Part shown: piece by piece, positions 8,147-16,200 of the stretch
How positions within the stretch are numbered: the first letter of the stretch is position 1
Layout: every line of letters begins with the position of its first letter
Source of the DNA: Nanobdellota archaeon
Lineage (GTDB): Archaea > Nanobdellota > Nanobdellia > Woesearchaeales > JAGLXL01
Direction of reading: 5' to 3'
Assembly: GCA_042577865.1 (NCBI GenBank)
Contig: JBHPDN010000005.1
Location: forward strand, 1 to 52,572
DNA length: 52,572 nucleotides
Position numbers and translations under genes: made by a program
The notes under the pieces: generated by a model
Databases searched by the model: none
What the model was told of the DNA's origin: nothing
What the model saw: the letters and a program-made list of their open reading frames with translations, nothing else

Positions 8147-10837
8147 TCAATTTAGAGCATAATATAAGTTTTGGATAACGAAATAGGCATTGCTGATAGC
8201 TTGTTTAAGATCATCATTTTCGTAACTGACACCGGATCGCGGTTCAAGATTTTCATTGATTGACATGGTGATATTAGCGACAGCATCATAAGTACTATTG
8301 TAGATAAGCAGCTCAACCTGAGAGCTTGCTGGCGAGTAAGATGTTGGTGTAAGGAAAAACTCCTGGCTAGTCGGAGTATATCTGTTAAACAAAGTATGGT
8401 TTTTAGAACCAGTATATGGAGATTTGTAAATTGGGTTAATCATAAGCAATCCTTCAAGTTCTTTTGGTTCTACATAGCCTGAAATGATCTGGTCAGTTGA
8501 ATTTTTGAGAGTAACATTGATAAGATTAACAGCACCTGTTTGGAATTTATCATCTGTGGTTGATGAAGATAAGGTGTAGGTGCCGTTTTCATAAACTGTG
8601 AAATTAAAAATATTGGCTTGTGGAGGACTATTAGCCCAGATGTACAAGGAATTGACGACATAAATCATGGAATTAACACCTATCTTAGTGTCATCTGCGA
8701 TATCCTGATCACTAAACGATTTTTTCTCCTGTGGAATAGCAGAATAAGAGATGACAGAGAGGTTGAGCTGATCAACAATGTTGTAACTATTGTCTAATTT
8801 AGCAACATAGATAGAATAATTATCTGAATTATATCGAGTAGGAGCAACAACAAAGGTGATGTTGCCATTGCTATCTGTTTCACCTATGGTCAAGCTTCTA
8901 GTGAGAGAACCGCTGAGTTTGAGAGGGAAGAAAATGACATTGGCATTTTCCTCAAAGATACCAATTTTAGTGTCGGGTGTGGAAACAACATCAACCAAAT
9001 AAGGCAAGGCGGTTTTGGAGAAGTTGTCTGATTCAGTTCCGTCAACATAGACTGTGAGTTCAGTGGTGCTTAAATCACAGCAGATGGAGGTGTCATAAGC
9101 ATGTGAGGCATTGCAGCTGGCAGCGTGCATATTGGTGGTGTTGTCAGTGAGATTCATTGGAACTGTAAGGAGACAAGTTTCAGTTGGCAAAGAGCAGTTG
9201 CCGTAATAATCTTCATAATAGGAACAAGTAATTGAACCAGTGTCAGTGGAGATAGAAGCGTTGACAGTGTAATATTCTGTACTTGAGAGAGTGAGGTTAG
9301 AGCCGTTGTTATAATGGATAAAGGCGCCATTAGGGATTTCGACGTGGGAATTGGTGGTTTGATAGAGATTAAGGAAATTAGAGCTGGAAGAATCACCAGT
9401 ATCATTAGTGCCGAGGGTGACGCCTGCTGTAGTAGGAGCACAGCAAAGAGAATAGTCAAAACTGGATTCGTTAGCAAGTTCGACGTGGGAATTGTTGCAG
9501 GAATAAATTCCCATGATTTTAGTGTAGTTAAAGGTGCTTTGAATATATGAACAATCACCTTCAATGACAGTGCAGTTAAGATTAGACTGGTTGCCTATAA
9601 AACCAGAACATATTTGTGGTGGGGGAACTAAATATTTGACAGTGTGGTAATCATTATTGATATTACCAGTTAGCAAGATATTATTTGTGGAATCAATAGC
9701 CACGCCTCTGGCTTGAGATGGACTAATTCCAGGACCAAAAGTACTGTTCCAGAGTTCATTGCCGTCTTCATCATATTTGATAGTGTAATAATAATAATTT
9801 CCACTGATGTAACTATAACCTGTGACGATGATGTTGTCGAAGGAGTCTGTAGCTACTGCTTTGGCTTGTTCACCGAGAGATGTAAAATCGATGGTTTTGT
9901 TCCAGAGGTGGTTTCCATTTGAGTCGTATTTGATGGTGAAATAATCTGTATTGCCTCCTAGATTGCTGTAGCCCGTTACAATCACATTATTTGAAGAATC
10001 TGCGGCTACACCGTAAGCAACATCAGCAGCCCCGCCATCATAGGTTTTATTCCAGAGGTGGTTGCCATTTGAATCATACTTGATGGTGAAATAGTCATTA
10101 TCCCCTCCAAGATTGCTGTTACCGGTGACGATGACATTATTGGAGAAATCTGTTGTTACTGCACGGATTTGGTCATTATTACTACCATTGTAGGTTTTGT
10201 TCCAGAGTGCAGTGCCATTTTCGTCGTATTTGATGGTAAGGAAGTCATAATCTCCCACCCCAACATACTCGCTGCCTGCTACAATTATGTTATCTAAAGA
10301 ATCTATGGCCACTCCATAAGCACTATCACTACCAACACCACCATCATAGGTTTTGTTCCAGAGATGGTTGCCGCTGGAGTCGTATTTGATGGTGAAACGA
10401 TCATAATCTCCTGCTAAATAACTTTCGCCTGTTACGATGACGTTGTTTGAAGAATCTGTGGCTACGCCATAAGCAGTGTCACCACCAGCACTATCATAGG
10501 TTTTGTTCCAGAGGTGGTTGCCATTTGAGTCGTATTTGATGGTGAAATAAGCAGTGGTTCCTAAATTGCTAGAGCCGGTGACGATGACATTGTTCGAGGT
10601 ATCTGTAGCTACTGCCTGGGCTTCATCAATAGCTCCACCATTGTAAGTTTTATTCCACTGTTCAGTTATATTGTCAGCACCAGCAATGGCTCCAGCTGGA
10701 GCAGCAGCAACAGCTGCCCCAGTGGTTAAATCAAAAGGTGCTTCTGGCTGCCAAGAGTACAAGAAAAAACTAGCAAATGAGATTAAGAGTGTAGCAGCTA
10801 GGAAAATGACGGATGTTTTGATTAAATCATTTTTCAT
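8147..10837 (-). CDS. Secreted protein 'A': 7-bladed beta-propeller (SBBP-like repeats), Cys-rich domain, two copies of domain X
   Basis: N-terminal hydrophobic segment + TTGAAV; seven ~50-aa repeats WNKTYDGG..A.GVATDSSNNVIVTG.S....DYFTIKYDSNG; NSHVE..Y..CC motifs. Confidence 0.88.
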   Translation of the reverse strand: MKNDLIKTSVIFLAATLLISFASFFLYSWQPEAPFDLTTGAAVAAAPAGAIAGADNITEQWNKTYNGGAIDEAQAVATDTSNNVIVTGSSNLGTTAYFTIKYDSNGNHLWNKTYDSAGGDTAYGVATDSSNNVIVTGESYLAGDYDRFTIKYDSSGNHLWNKTYDGGVGSDSAYGVAIDSLDNIIVAGSEYVGVGDYDFLTIKYDENGTALWNKTYNGSNNDQIRAVTTDFSNNVIVTGNSNLGGDNDYFTIKYDSNGNHLWNKTYDGGAADVAYGVAADSSNNVIVTGYSNLGGNTDYFTIKYDSNGNHLWNKTIDFTSLGEQAKAVATDSFDNIIVTGYSYISGNYYYYTIKYDEDGNELWNSTFGPGISPSQARGVAIDSTNNILLTGNINNDYHTVKYLVPPPQICSGFIGNQSNLNCTVIEGDCSYIQSTFNYTKIMGIYSCNNSHVELANESSFDYSLCCAPTTAGVTLGTNDTGDSSSSNFLNLYQTTNSHVEIPNGAFIHYNNGSNLTLSSTEYYTVNASISTDTGSITCSYYEDYYGNCSLPTETCLLTVPMNLTDNTTNMHAASCNASHAYDTSICCDLSTTELTVYVDGTESDNFSKTALPYLVDVVSTPDTKIGIFEENANVIFFPLKLSGSLTRSLTIGETDSNGNITFVVAPTRYNSDNYSIYVAKLDNSYNIVDQLNLSVISYSAIPQEKKSFSDQDIADDTKIGVNSMIYVVNSLYIWANSPPQANIFNFTVYENGTYTLSSSTTDDKFQTGAVNLINVTLKNSTDQIISGYVEPKELEGLLMINPIYKSPYTGSKNHTLFNRYTPTSQEFFLTPTSYSPASSQVELLIYNSTYDAVANITMSINENLEPRSGVSYENDDLKQAISNAYFVIQNLYYALN
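9630..10665 (-). repeat. Intragenic tandem repeat, 7 x ~150 bp, encoding propeller blades
   Basis: Near-identical blocks such as ttccagaggtggttgccatttgagtcgtatttgatggtgaaata recur near 9900, 10050, 10355 and 10505. Confidence 0.85.
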
Positions 10838-11004
10838 TTGGCTTCCTCAAATTCCATATACCACATTTCTTTTTTAGTGTCGTATTTGAAAACAACATTG
10901 TATTTCTTATTCTGAAGATCAAGACTGAAGAGAAGAGGTTTGGGCATAGTCACTTCAAAACTACTACCGCGACTGTAAATTTTTCTTTTTAATTCAGCTG
11001 GCAT
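10834..11004 (-). CDS. Small AbrB/MazE-like (swapped-hairpin) DNA-binding protein, 56 aa; absent from the ORF track
   Basis: Manual translation MPAELKRKIYSRGSSFEVTMPKPLLFSLDLQNKKYNVVFKYDTKKKMWYMEFEEAK; clear paralog of 19380..19577; ATGA overlap with gene A. The fold is inferred from the RKI..RG.S..VT.P pattern. Confidence 0.8.
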   Translation of the reverse strand: MPAELKRKIYSRGSSFEVTMPKPLLFSLDLQNKKYNVVFKYDTKKEMWYMEFEEAK

Positions 11005-11104
11005 GGTAAAATTTCTTTAAAGTCCAGGGCACTTCTAATTGAAGTGTATCAAATAGAGAAATCGTTTTAGAAATCTTTCTTTCTAAATTATCTATCATTT
11101 TCAT
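10994..11104 (-). CDS. Putative 36-aa leader micro-ORF
   Basis: MKMIDNLERKISKTISLFDTLQLEVPWTLKKFYHAS, preceded by AGAGGGG; its end overlaps the start of the AbrB-like gene by 11 nt. Confidence 0.45.
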   Translation of the reverse strand: MKMIDNLERKISKTISLFDTLQLEVPWTLKKFYHAS

Positions 11105-11135
11105 TCCCCTCTTTAAACTTTTTAGTTAGAAGGAA

Positions 11136-11160
11136 TTTACTATATTTAAATCTTACTATT
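11136..11160 (-). promoter_or_regulatory. Cassette-1 promoter/operator: TATA box flanked by ATAGTAA direct repeats
   Basis: Minus strand AATAGTAAGATTTAAATATAGTAAA; 24/25 identical to 19614..19638. Confidence 0.7.
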
Positions 11161-11229
11161 TTATTTATATTTATACTTATATTTTTACTTTATAAAGTTG
11201 TTTTTATATAAGTATGAGATAATTAGAAG

Positions 11230-11397
11230 TGGGGACGCCGGGACTGTCAAGCTAACGCTCTCGGTCGTTATCAACCTTGTCGCTAACTATTTGAACCCGG
11301 GACACCTAGATGTCTGCAAAATCATTGGTTTAAACAAACCTCATCACATCAAGGATGTACTTCAGTCTAGTGCTCTCCCAGGCTGAGCTACGTCCCC
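11230..11397 (-). tRNA. tRNA-Phe(GAA) with two introns: 48 nt at 37/38 (11312-11359) and 46 nt at 59/60 (11244-11289); CCA not encoded
   Basis: Reverse complement: GGGGACG TA GCTC AGCCTGGGA GAGC A CTAGA CTGAAG[intron]A TCTAG GTGTC CCGGG TTCAAA[intron]T CCCGG CGTCCCC A. All four stems pair and the spliced length is 74 nt. Confidence 0.93.
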
Positions 11398-11422
11398 AGT
11401 AGAAATGAGAAATTAAAAGTTG

Positions 11423-11438
11423 ATTTATAAGGTTTTTG
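11423..11438 (-). promoter_or_regulatory. Probable BRE/TATA promoter of tRNA-Phe
   Basis: Minus strand CAAAAACCTTATAAAT, about 30 nt upstream of the tRNA 5' end. Confidence 0.5.
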
Positions 11439-11439
11439 G

Positions 11440-12030
11440 TTAAATAGGACAACAGTATGTTTCCCACCTACAGTTGTAATTCCCAGGTGTACCTTGGACT
11501 CCGACACGAATACCTGCTATGAAATGACCACTAGTGGAACATATTTTTTGAGGAATTGAATCAACATTGCCACATGAACCAAGAGCTCCACTCCATGATC
11601 CATTTTCCCAAGCACAAGTACCCCAAACATTATTATCTGCAAGAACATTTCCAGTAATAGATGCTTGGCCAGAAACAACAAGCTTGCTTGAGCTACCAGG
11701 AGTGGGTGTACCTATACCTAAAGTACCATCTCGAGTGATAACTACAGGATTATTTCCTGCAGCATCTGTTGAATAGAATTGATAATCGCTTGTTCCCCAG
11801 CCACCTTTAATTCTGAGACCACTGCCTCCAGGAAAAATATTAAGTGCTTCAATCCAAAGGCGATAAGTTCCAGGATCAGTTGCACCAACACCTAGGCTTC
11901 CGTTAAAACTAAAATTACCTGTAGCAAAAGTTCCTGGATTTACTTGAGAAGCAGGGTGGAACTGTTGAGCAGAAACACTAACAGAAATTAAAATAGATAC
12001 GATGAGGATGATAATTCCTGTTTTTTTCAT
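11440..12030 (-). CDS. Secreted protein with tail-fibre-like LGIGT.TP repeats and Cys-rich C-terminus
   Basis: Signal peptide ending SVSVSA-QQFHPASQV; LGVGATDP and LGIGTPTP motifs; ends CRWETYCCPI. Confidence 0.8.
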   Translation of the reverse strand: MKKTGIIILIVSILISVSVSAQQFHPASQVNPGTFATGNFSFNGSLGVGATDPGTYRLWIEALNIFPGGSGLRIKGGWGTSDYQFYSTDAAGNNPVVITRDGTLGIGTPTPGSSSKLVVSGQASITGNVLADNNVWGTCAWENGSWSGALGSCGNVDSIPQKICSTSGHFIAGIRVGVQGTPGNYNCRWETYCCPI

Positions 12031-12077
12031 AATTCAATGCCTCCTTTTTTATGTTATTCTAATGGGATTTTTGGTGA

Positions 12078-12827
12078 TTATCTAGGGAGCCAACAACGAT
12101 AAGCAGGATAAGTTTCTCCACCACCTATACAAGCTTGTTGATTTATACCGCCACTACCCATAACACCATACTGCTCATTGGCATTGAACCAACAAAAATC
12201 ATCAACCCATTCGTCGTCATCACTTTCATTGTTTAAAATAAAATGATTGGCAGCTAAGTACCATTCAGATGAACTTGGAAGTTTCCCACCATAAGTAATG
12301 AAGCAATCATTGTTTGCAGCCCACCAATCAACACCCGTCCCTTCTTCATTAGTTTGCATACAACCCAACTGTCTTCTTCCAGATTCAATACTTTGGAAAC
12401 CAGAAGGACAAGAAACCCAAATACCTGATCCACCAGTAAAATAACCAGCATAACCAGTACTTGTGGATTCACCATAAATACCATAACCATCTGAAGAACC
12501 TGAATAAACACCTGAAACTCCTCTTGCTCCTGTTGAATCAGCAGAGGCTTCTCCCTTAACTCCCCAGTAAGCTCCATTGCCGTATCCATAAATGGCATAG
12601 CCTGAAAGAACTTCACTGTAAATCCCATAAAGGCCAGAAGGATTACTATTACTAACTTTGAGAACAGGATTTGGATGGGCTACGTTTCCTTCAAATATAA
12701 ATCCTGTTGAAGTGGCTGTAGCTGTACCATCTGTTAGTTGATTCAAGGGATGTGATTGTTGAGCAGAAACACTAACAGATAACAAAATAAAAAAAATTAA
12801 AACAACAAGTATTGATTTCCCCATCAT
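12078..12827 (-). CDS. Secreted protein with Gly-rich beta repeats and C-terminal C-type-lectin-fold (FGE/Lcl/Mtd-like) domain
   Basis: Signal ending SVSVSA-QQSHPLNQL; YGIY/YAIYG/WGVKG repeats; W..A...C....GKLPSSSEW..A...EWV...AYRC. Confidence 0.78.
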   Translation of the reverse strand: MMGKSILVVLIFFILLSVSVSAQQSHPLNQLTDGTATATSTGFIFEGNVAHPNPVLKVSNSNPSGLYGIYSEVLSGYAIYGYGNGAYWGVKGEASADSTGARGVSGVYSGSSDGYGIYGESTSTGYAGYFTGGSGIWVSCPSGFQSIESGRRQLGCMQTNEEGTGVDWWAANNDCFITYGGKLPSSSEWYLAANHFILNNESDDDEWVDDFCWFNANEQYGVMGSGGINQQACIGGGETYPAYRCWLPR

Positions 12828-12851
12828 TCAATTACCTCTTTGATAGTTATT

Positions 12852-13223
12852 TTATATGGTTTCTTCTTCTGGATTTAGATCTTCGGGAAGCTCTTCTTCA
12901 GGAGCAGCTGGTTCAGGAGCTGGTTGTGCCTCTCCTTTTTCTACAATTTCTATCTTGCCGAATTTACCAGTGGAAAGTTGTTTTTCCCCTTGGTACTCAC
13001 CAACATAACCATTAGCAATGTGGATTTTATCTCCAACATTGACCTGATCGACCTGCTCATTCCATAGAGTGAGTTTAATCTGGCCGGAATCATCTTTAGC
13101 AGTAGCGTTACATACACGGCCTGTTTTGCCGAACTTTTCAAATTCTCTAACGTCGCCTTTTTCAACTATTTCAAGAACAAGATCAACGCTGCCTTGTTTA
13201 GGCTGTAAGTCTTTTATTTCCAT
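12852..13223 (-). CDS. Single-OB-fold ssDNA-binding protein (RPA/SSB-like) with acidic Pro-rich tail
   Basis: G.V.NATAKDDSGQIKLTLWNEQ..NGYVGEYQGEKQLSTGKFG; acidic tail. Confidence 0.9.
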   Translation of the reverse strand: MEIKDLQPKQGSVDLVLEIVEKGDVREFEKFGKTGRVCNATAKDDSGQIKLTLWNEQVDQVNVGDKIHIANGYVGEYQGEKQLSTGKFGKIEIVEKGEAQPAPEPAAPEEELPEDLNPEEETI

Positions 13224-16200
13224 TTTCTTAAACCCCCTAGTTTTTGTTCTAGATTTTTCAATTCTTGCTTGAAAACCCGGAGTTTTTTAAACTTTTGTAT
13301 TTGTGAATTTAGATATTGGTCAACAATATCAATTGGCCAACCTTGGGAGATGAGCATCTTTTCCAGTGGCCTTCTGGAATAACCTTTGTTGAGAGAAGCA
13401 TCAATAAAGTCCTTAAGTTCTCTGGCCCGGTCGATCTCTACAGAGAAAGATGGTGCTTTTGATTTAGGTCTAATGATTCTTTGCATAGTCTTCCAGACAC
13501 CAATATGAGAGACCTCTTCGGTAATTTGAGTTTGTTGTTTCTCTAGAAGCATTTTTTCCTGTGTTTTCTTGGCTTCTTTGGTTACTTTTCTGTGTTCTTT
13601 AGCTGCCTGGTCTACATAATTGTCAACAATTTTCTTTGGCCAGCCTTTATGAACTAAGGCATCCTTGATGTGCTTGGCAGTAAAGCCGTGAAGGAATGAA
13701 TTTTTAATGAATTCTGACAAGAGCTGACTGTAACCTTCAGCAGATTTTTTCCTTTGTTTTTTGATGATTTGTTTTTTCTTAGTCTGACGAGCGGTTGAAT
13801 GAACATAACTCTTGAAGGCAACATAAGTTGCTAAGACGGCACCAATGATTAACAAGAAAATGATGGTGGAAACAACATTGGCTTGGAGGAAAGGAACAGC
13901 TTCGGCTATTTTTTTAGTTAAGCCTAGACTTGATTCGTAAGCCTGGTTAAAAGCAACTTTAGCGATGCTTAAAGCATCAACTTGGATTTGTTTCATAACA
14001 TCAAGATATTCTGAAACATAATCACCAACAACCGGGATGGTATTTTTAGCAAGTTGATAAACATGCTCCCAAAGTGTAACTTCAATAGTGAGAGGCAGTC
14101 TTTCTAAATCAATCAAAGTGCAAACATTACTTTGGCAATAGTGATCTTCTGGGCAGTCGCTATTGTCCAGGCAATCTGCTTCAGCTGGAAGACAAGTATT
14201 TTTGAAACAATGACTGGTTTGGCAATCACTGTCTTGCTGACAAGTTTTGTCTTGGTCGCATGGACTGCAGACAGTTCCACCACAATCTACATCTGTTTCA
14301 TCTTGGTTTTGGGAATTGTCGCTGCAAGTTGAAATGTAAGTACAAGTTTGGTTTTCAGCAGGTTTAGTACCATAAATGAGGCGGACATTCTTTTCTTCAC
14401 ATCTACTGAGATCAGTACAAGTTCTATATTGCATACCATCTGGCTGACAAGCTTCCCAATCAGTACATTCCCATCTCTGCTGGCAAGCACTACTTCCTCC
14501 ACCTCCTCCTCCACTAGTGGAAGGAGGGAGTGGTAAGGGTGGATTGTAAATTGTATCTAAATCTATTGGATTTGAAACAGAGCAAGTATAAGTGGTACCT
14601 TGGTAAACAATGGTTCCGGAATAACAAAGGTCATTGGTGATGTTGGTATTGTTGAGGACAGCATCAATAACGGTTGAATTGACGATGGTAACGTTATTCA
14701 GAGTGCTGCCAGTGACATCTGAATTGTTAATGGTTGAGTTGGTGATAGTGGAGTCATCAACTGTGGAATCGGTTATTTCAGAATCTTCAATAGTGGAGTC
14801 GTCTATATCGCTATTGGTGATGTTAGAATCAGTGACATTTGAATTAGTAACAGTCGAGTCGGTGACGTTGCTATTGGTGATGTTAGAACCTTGTTCTATA
14901 GTTGAATTGTCTATAGTGGAGTCATCAATTACTGAATCATCAATAGTGCTGTCAGTAACATTGGAGTCAGTGACATTTGAATCATAAACATCACTATCAA
15001 AAATGTTGGAGTTGTCAATATCTGAGTTGTTGATGTCACTGTTGTTGATGGTGGAAAAATCAACATATGAGTCTGAGATGTTGGAATCAAAAATATGTGA
15101 ACCATTGACAATAGCAGTACTGGTAATGTTGCTGTTTCTGACCTCTGAGTCAGAGACATTGGAATCATCTACATAGGAGTCTGAGATGTTGGAGTTTGTC
15201 CAATTGTTATTGGAGCCGGTAACATTAGTAATATTAGATGGATCAACATACCAACCTTCTCCATTAGAGTTAATAATAATACTATCATAACATCGGGAGT
15301 GGTTTAATTCTGAGTTAGTGATATCACAATTAGATGAAGTGACATTGAGGAAAGTTGAAATGTTGATGTTTGAGACATTGTCGATAGTTGAATCTATTTC
15401 TATGGAATCAAAAATGTTACTGTTGAGGTTGATGGAATTTATTTTGGTGGCATTGGTTAAGTTTGAGGTGGTGTAGACCTCTACATAATAAGTTTCAAAT
15501 TGGGTTTCTAAATTATTTGAAGTGTCAACAGCTCGACTGTAAATTGGATATTCTCCATCTGATGATGGTGTCCAAGAGTAATTCCAGTTAGAGGTTCCAG
15601 TAGTGTTATAGAAAGTGCCGTTGATACTAACTTCAATGTAAGATAGACCAACATCATCGCTGGCAGTACCCGAGATATTGATTGGGAAGTTGTTTTGGCC
15701 GATGTCTGAATTGTTGGCTGGGGAATTGATAAGTGATATTGGTGGGACGGTATCTATATCGGCTTTTAAAGTAGTGAAGTGTGTTGTGTTGAAAATGTAA
15801 ACCAGAGTGGAATTGTTGTAGGAAATTTCGTTACAGAACGTGCATGGTTCAAACTGAGTATCATCGTTCAGATCAACATAAGGTTCTGGGTCTGTTAAGT
15901 TGATGTTGTACAAAGTGATATTGGCGCTGACATTCAAACCATTTTGTGAAGAATTAACATAAACAGAATTATTGTTTATTTGAATGTCTGAACTAGAAGA
16001 GTCGAAAAGGCTGGCTGTGTTGCTCGTGGTAGCATTTTCATTAACTTGTGCAGTAAATGAAAGTTTTCCATTAGTTGTATCTTCCAGTGAGAGTAAATCT
16101 GCATTAATAAGACTATATCTGCCAATCACCAAATCAACAATAGAACTGTTGAAAGTGTTATCATAGTAAATATCACGGTAGTAATTTGCCGGGTATGATC

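Noticed and set aside
9630-10665. Periodic repeats as a CRISPR array
   Set aside because: The period is ~150 bp and in frame within a protein, with no unique spacers and no cas genes.
4709-11230. Cassette 1 as an element integrated at the tRNA 3' end
   Set aside because: I found no integrase and no duplicated tRNA 3' segment by eye; a computational repeat search would settle it.
11198-11386. 62-aa plus-strand ORF
   Set aside because: It is antisense to the intron-containing tRNA-Phe.
11440-12827. Prophage tail-fibre genes or a complete DGR
   Set aside because: Both genes have signal peptides, and no capsid, terminase, RT or template repeat lies in the window.
14634-15168. Alternative-frame ORFs in the pentapeptide region
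   Set aside because: They are by-products of low-complexity repeats inside gene D.
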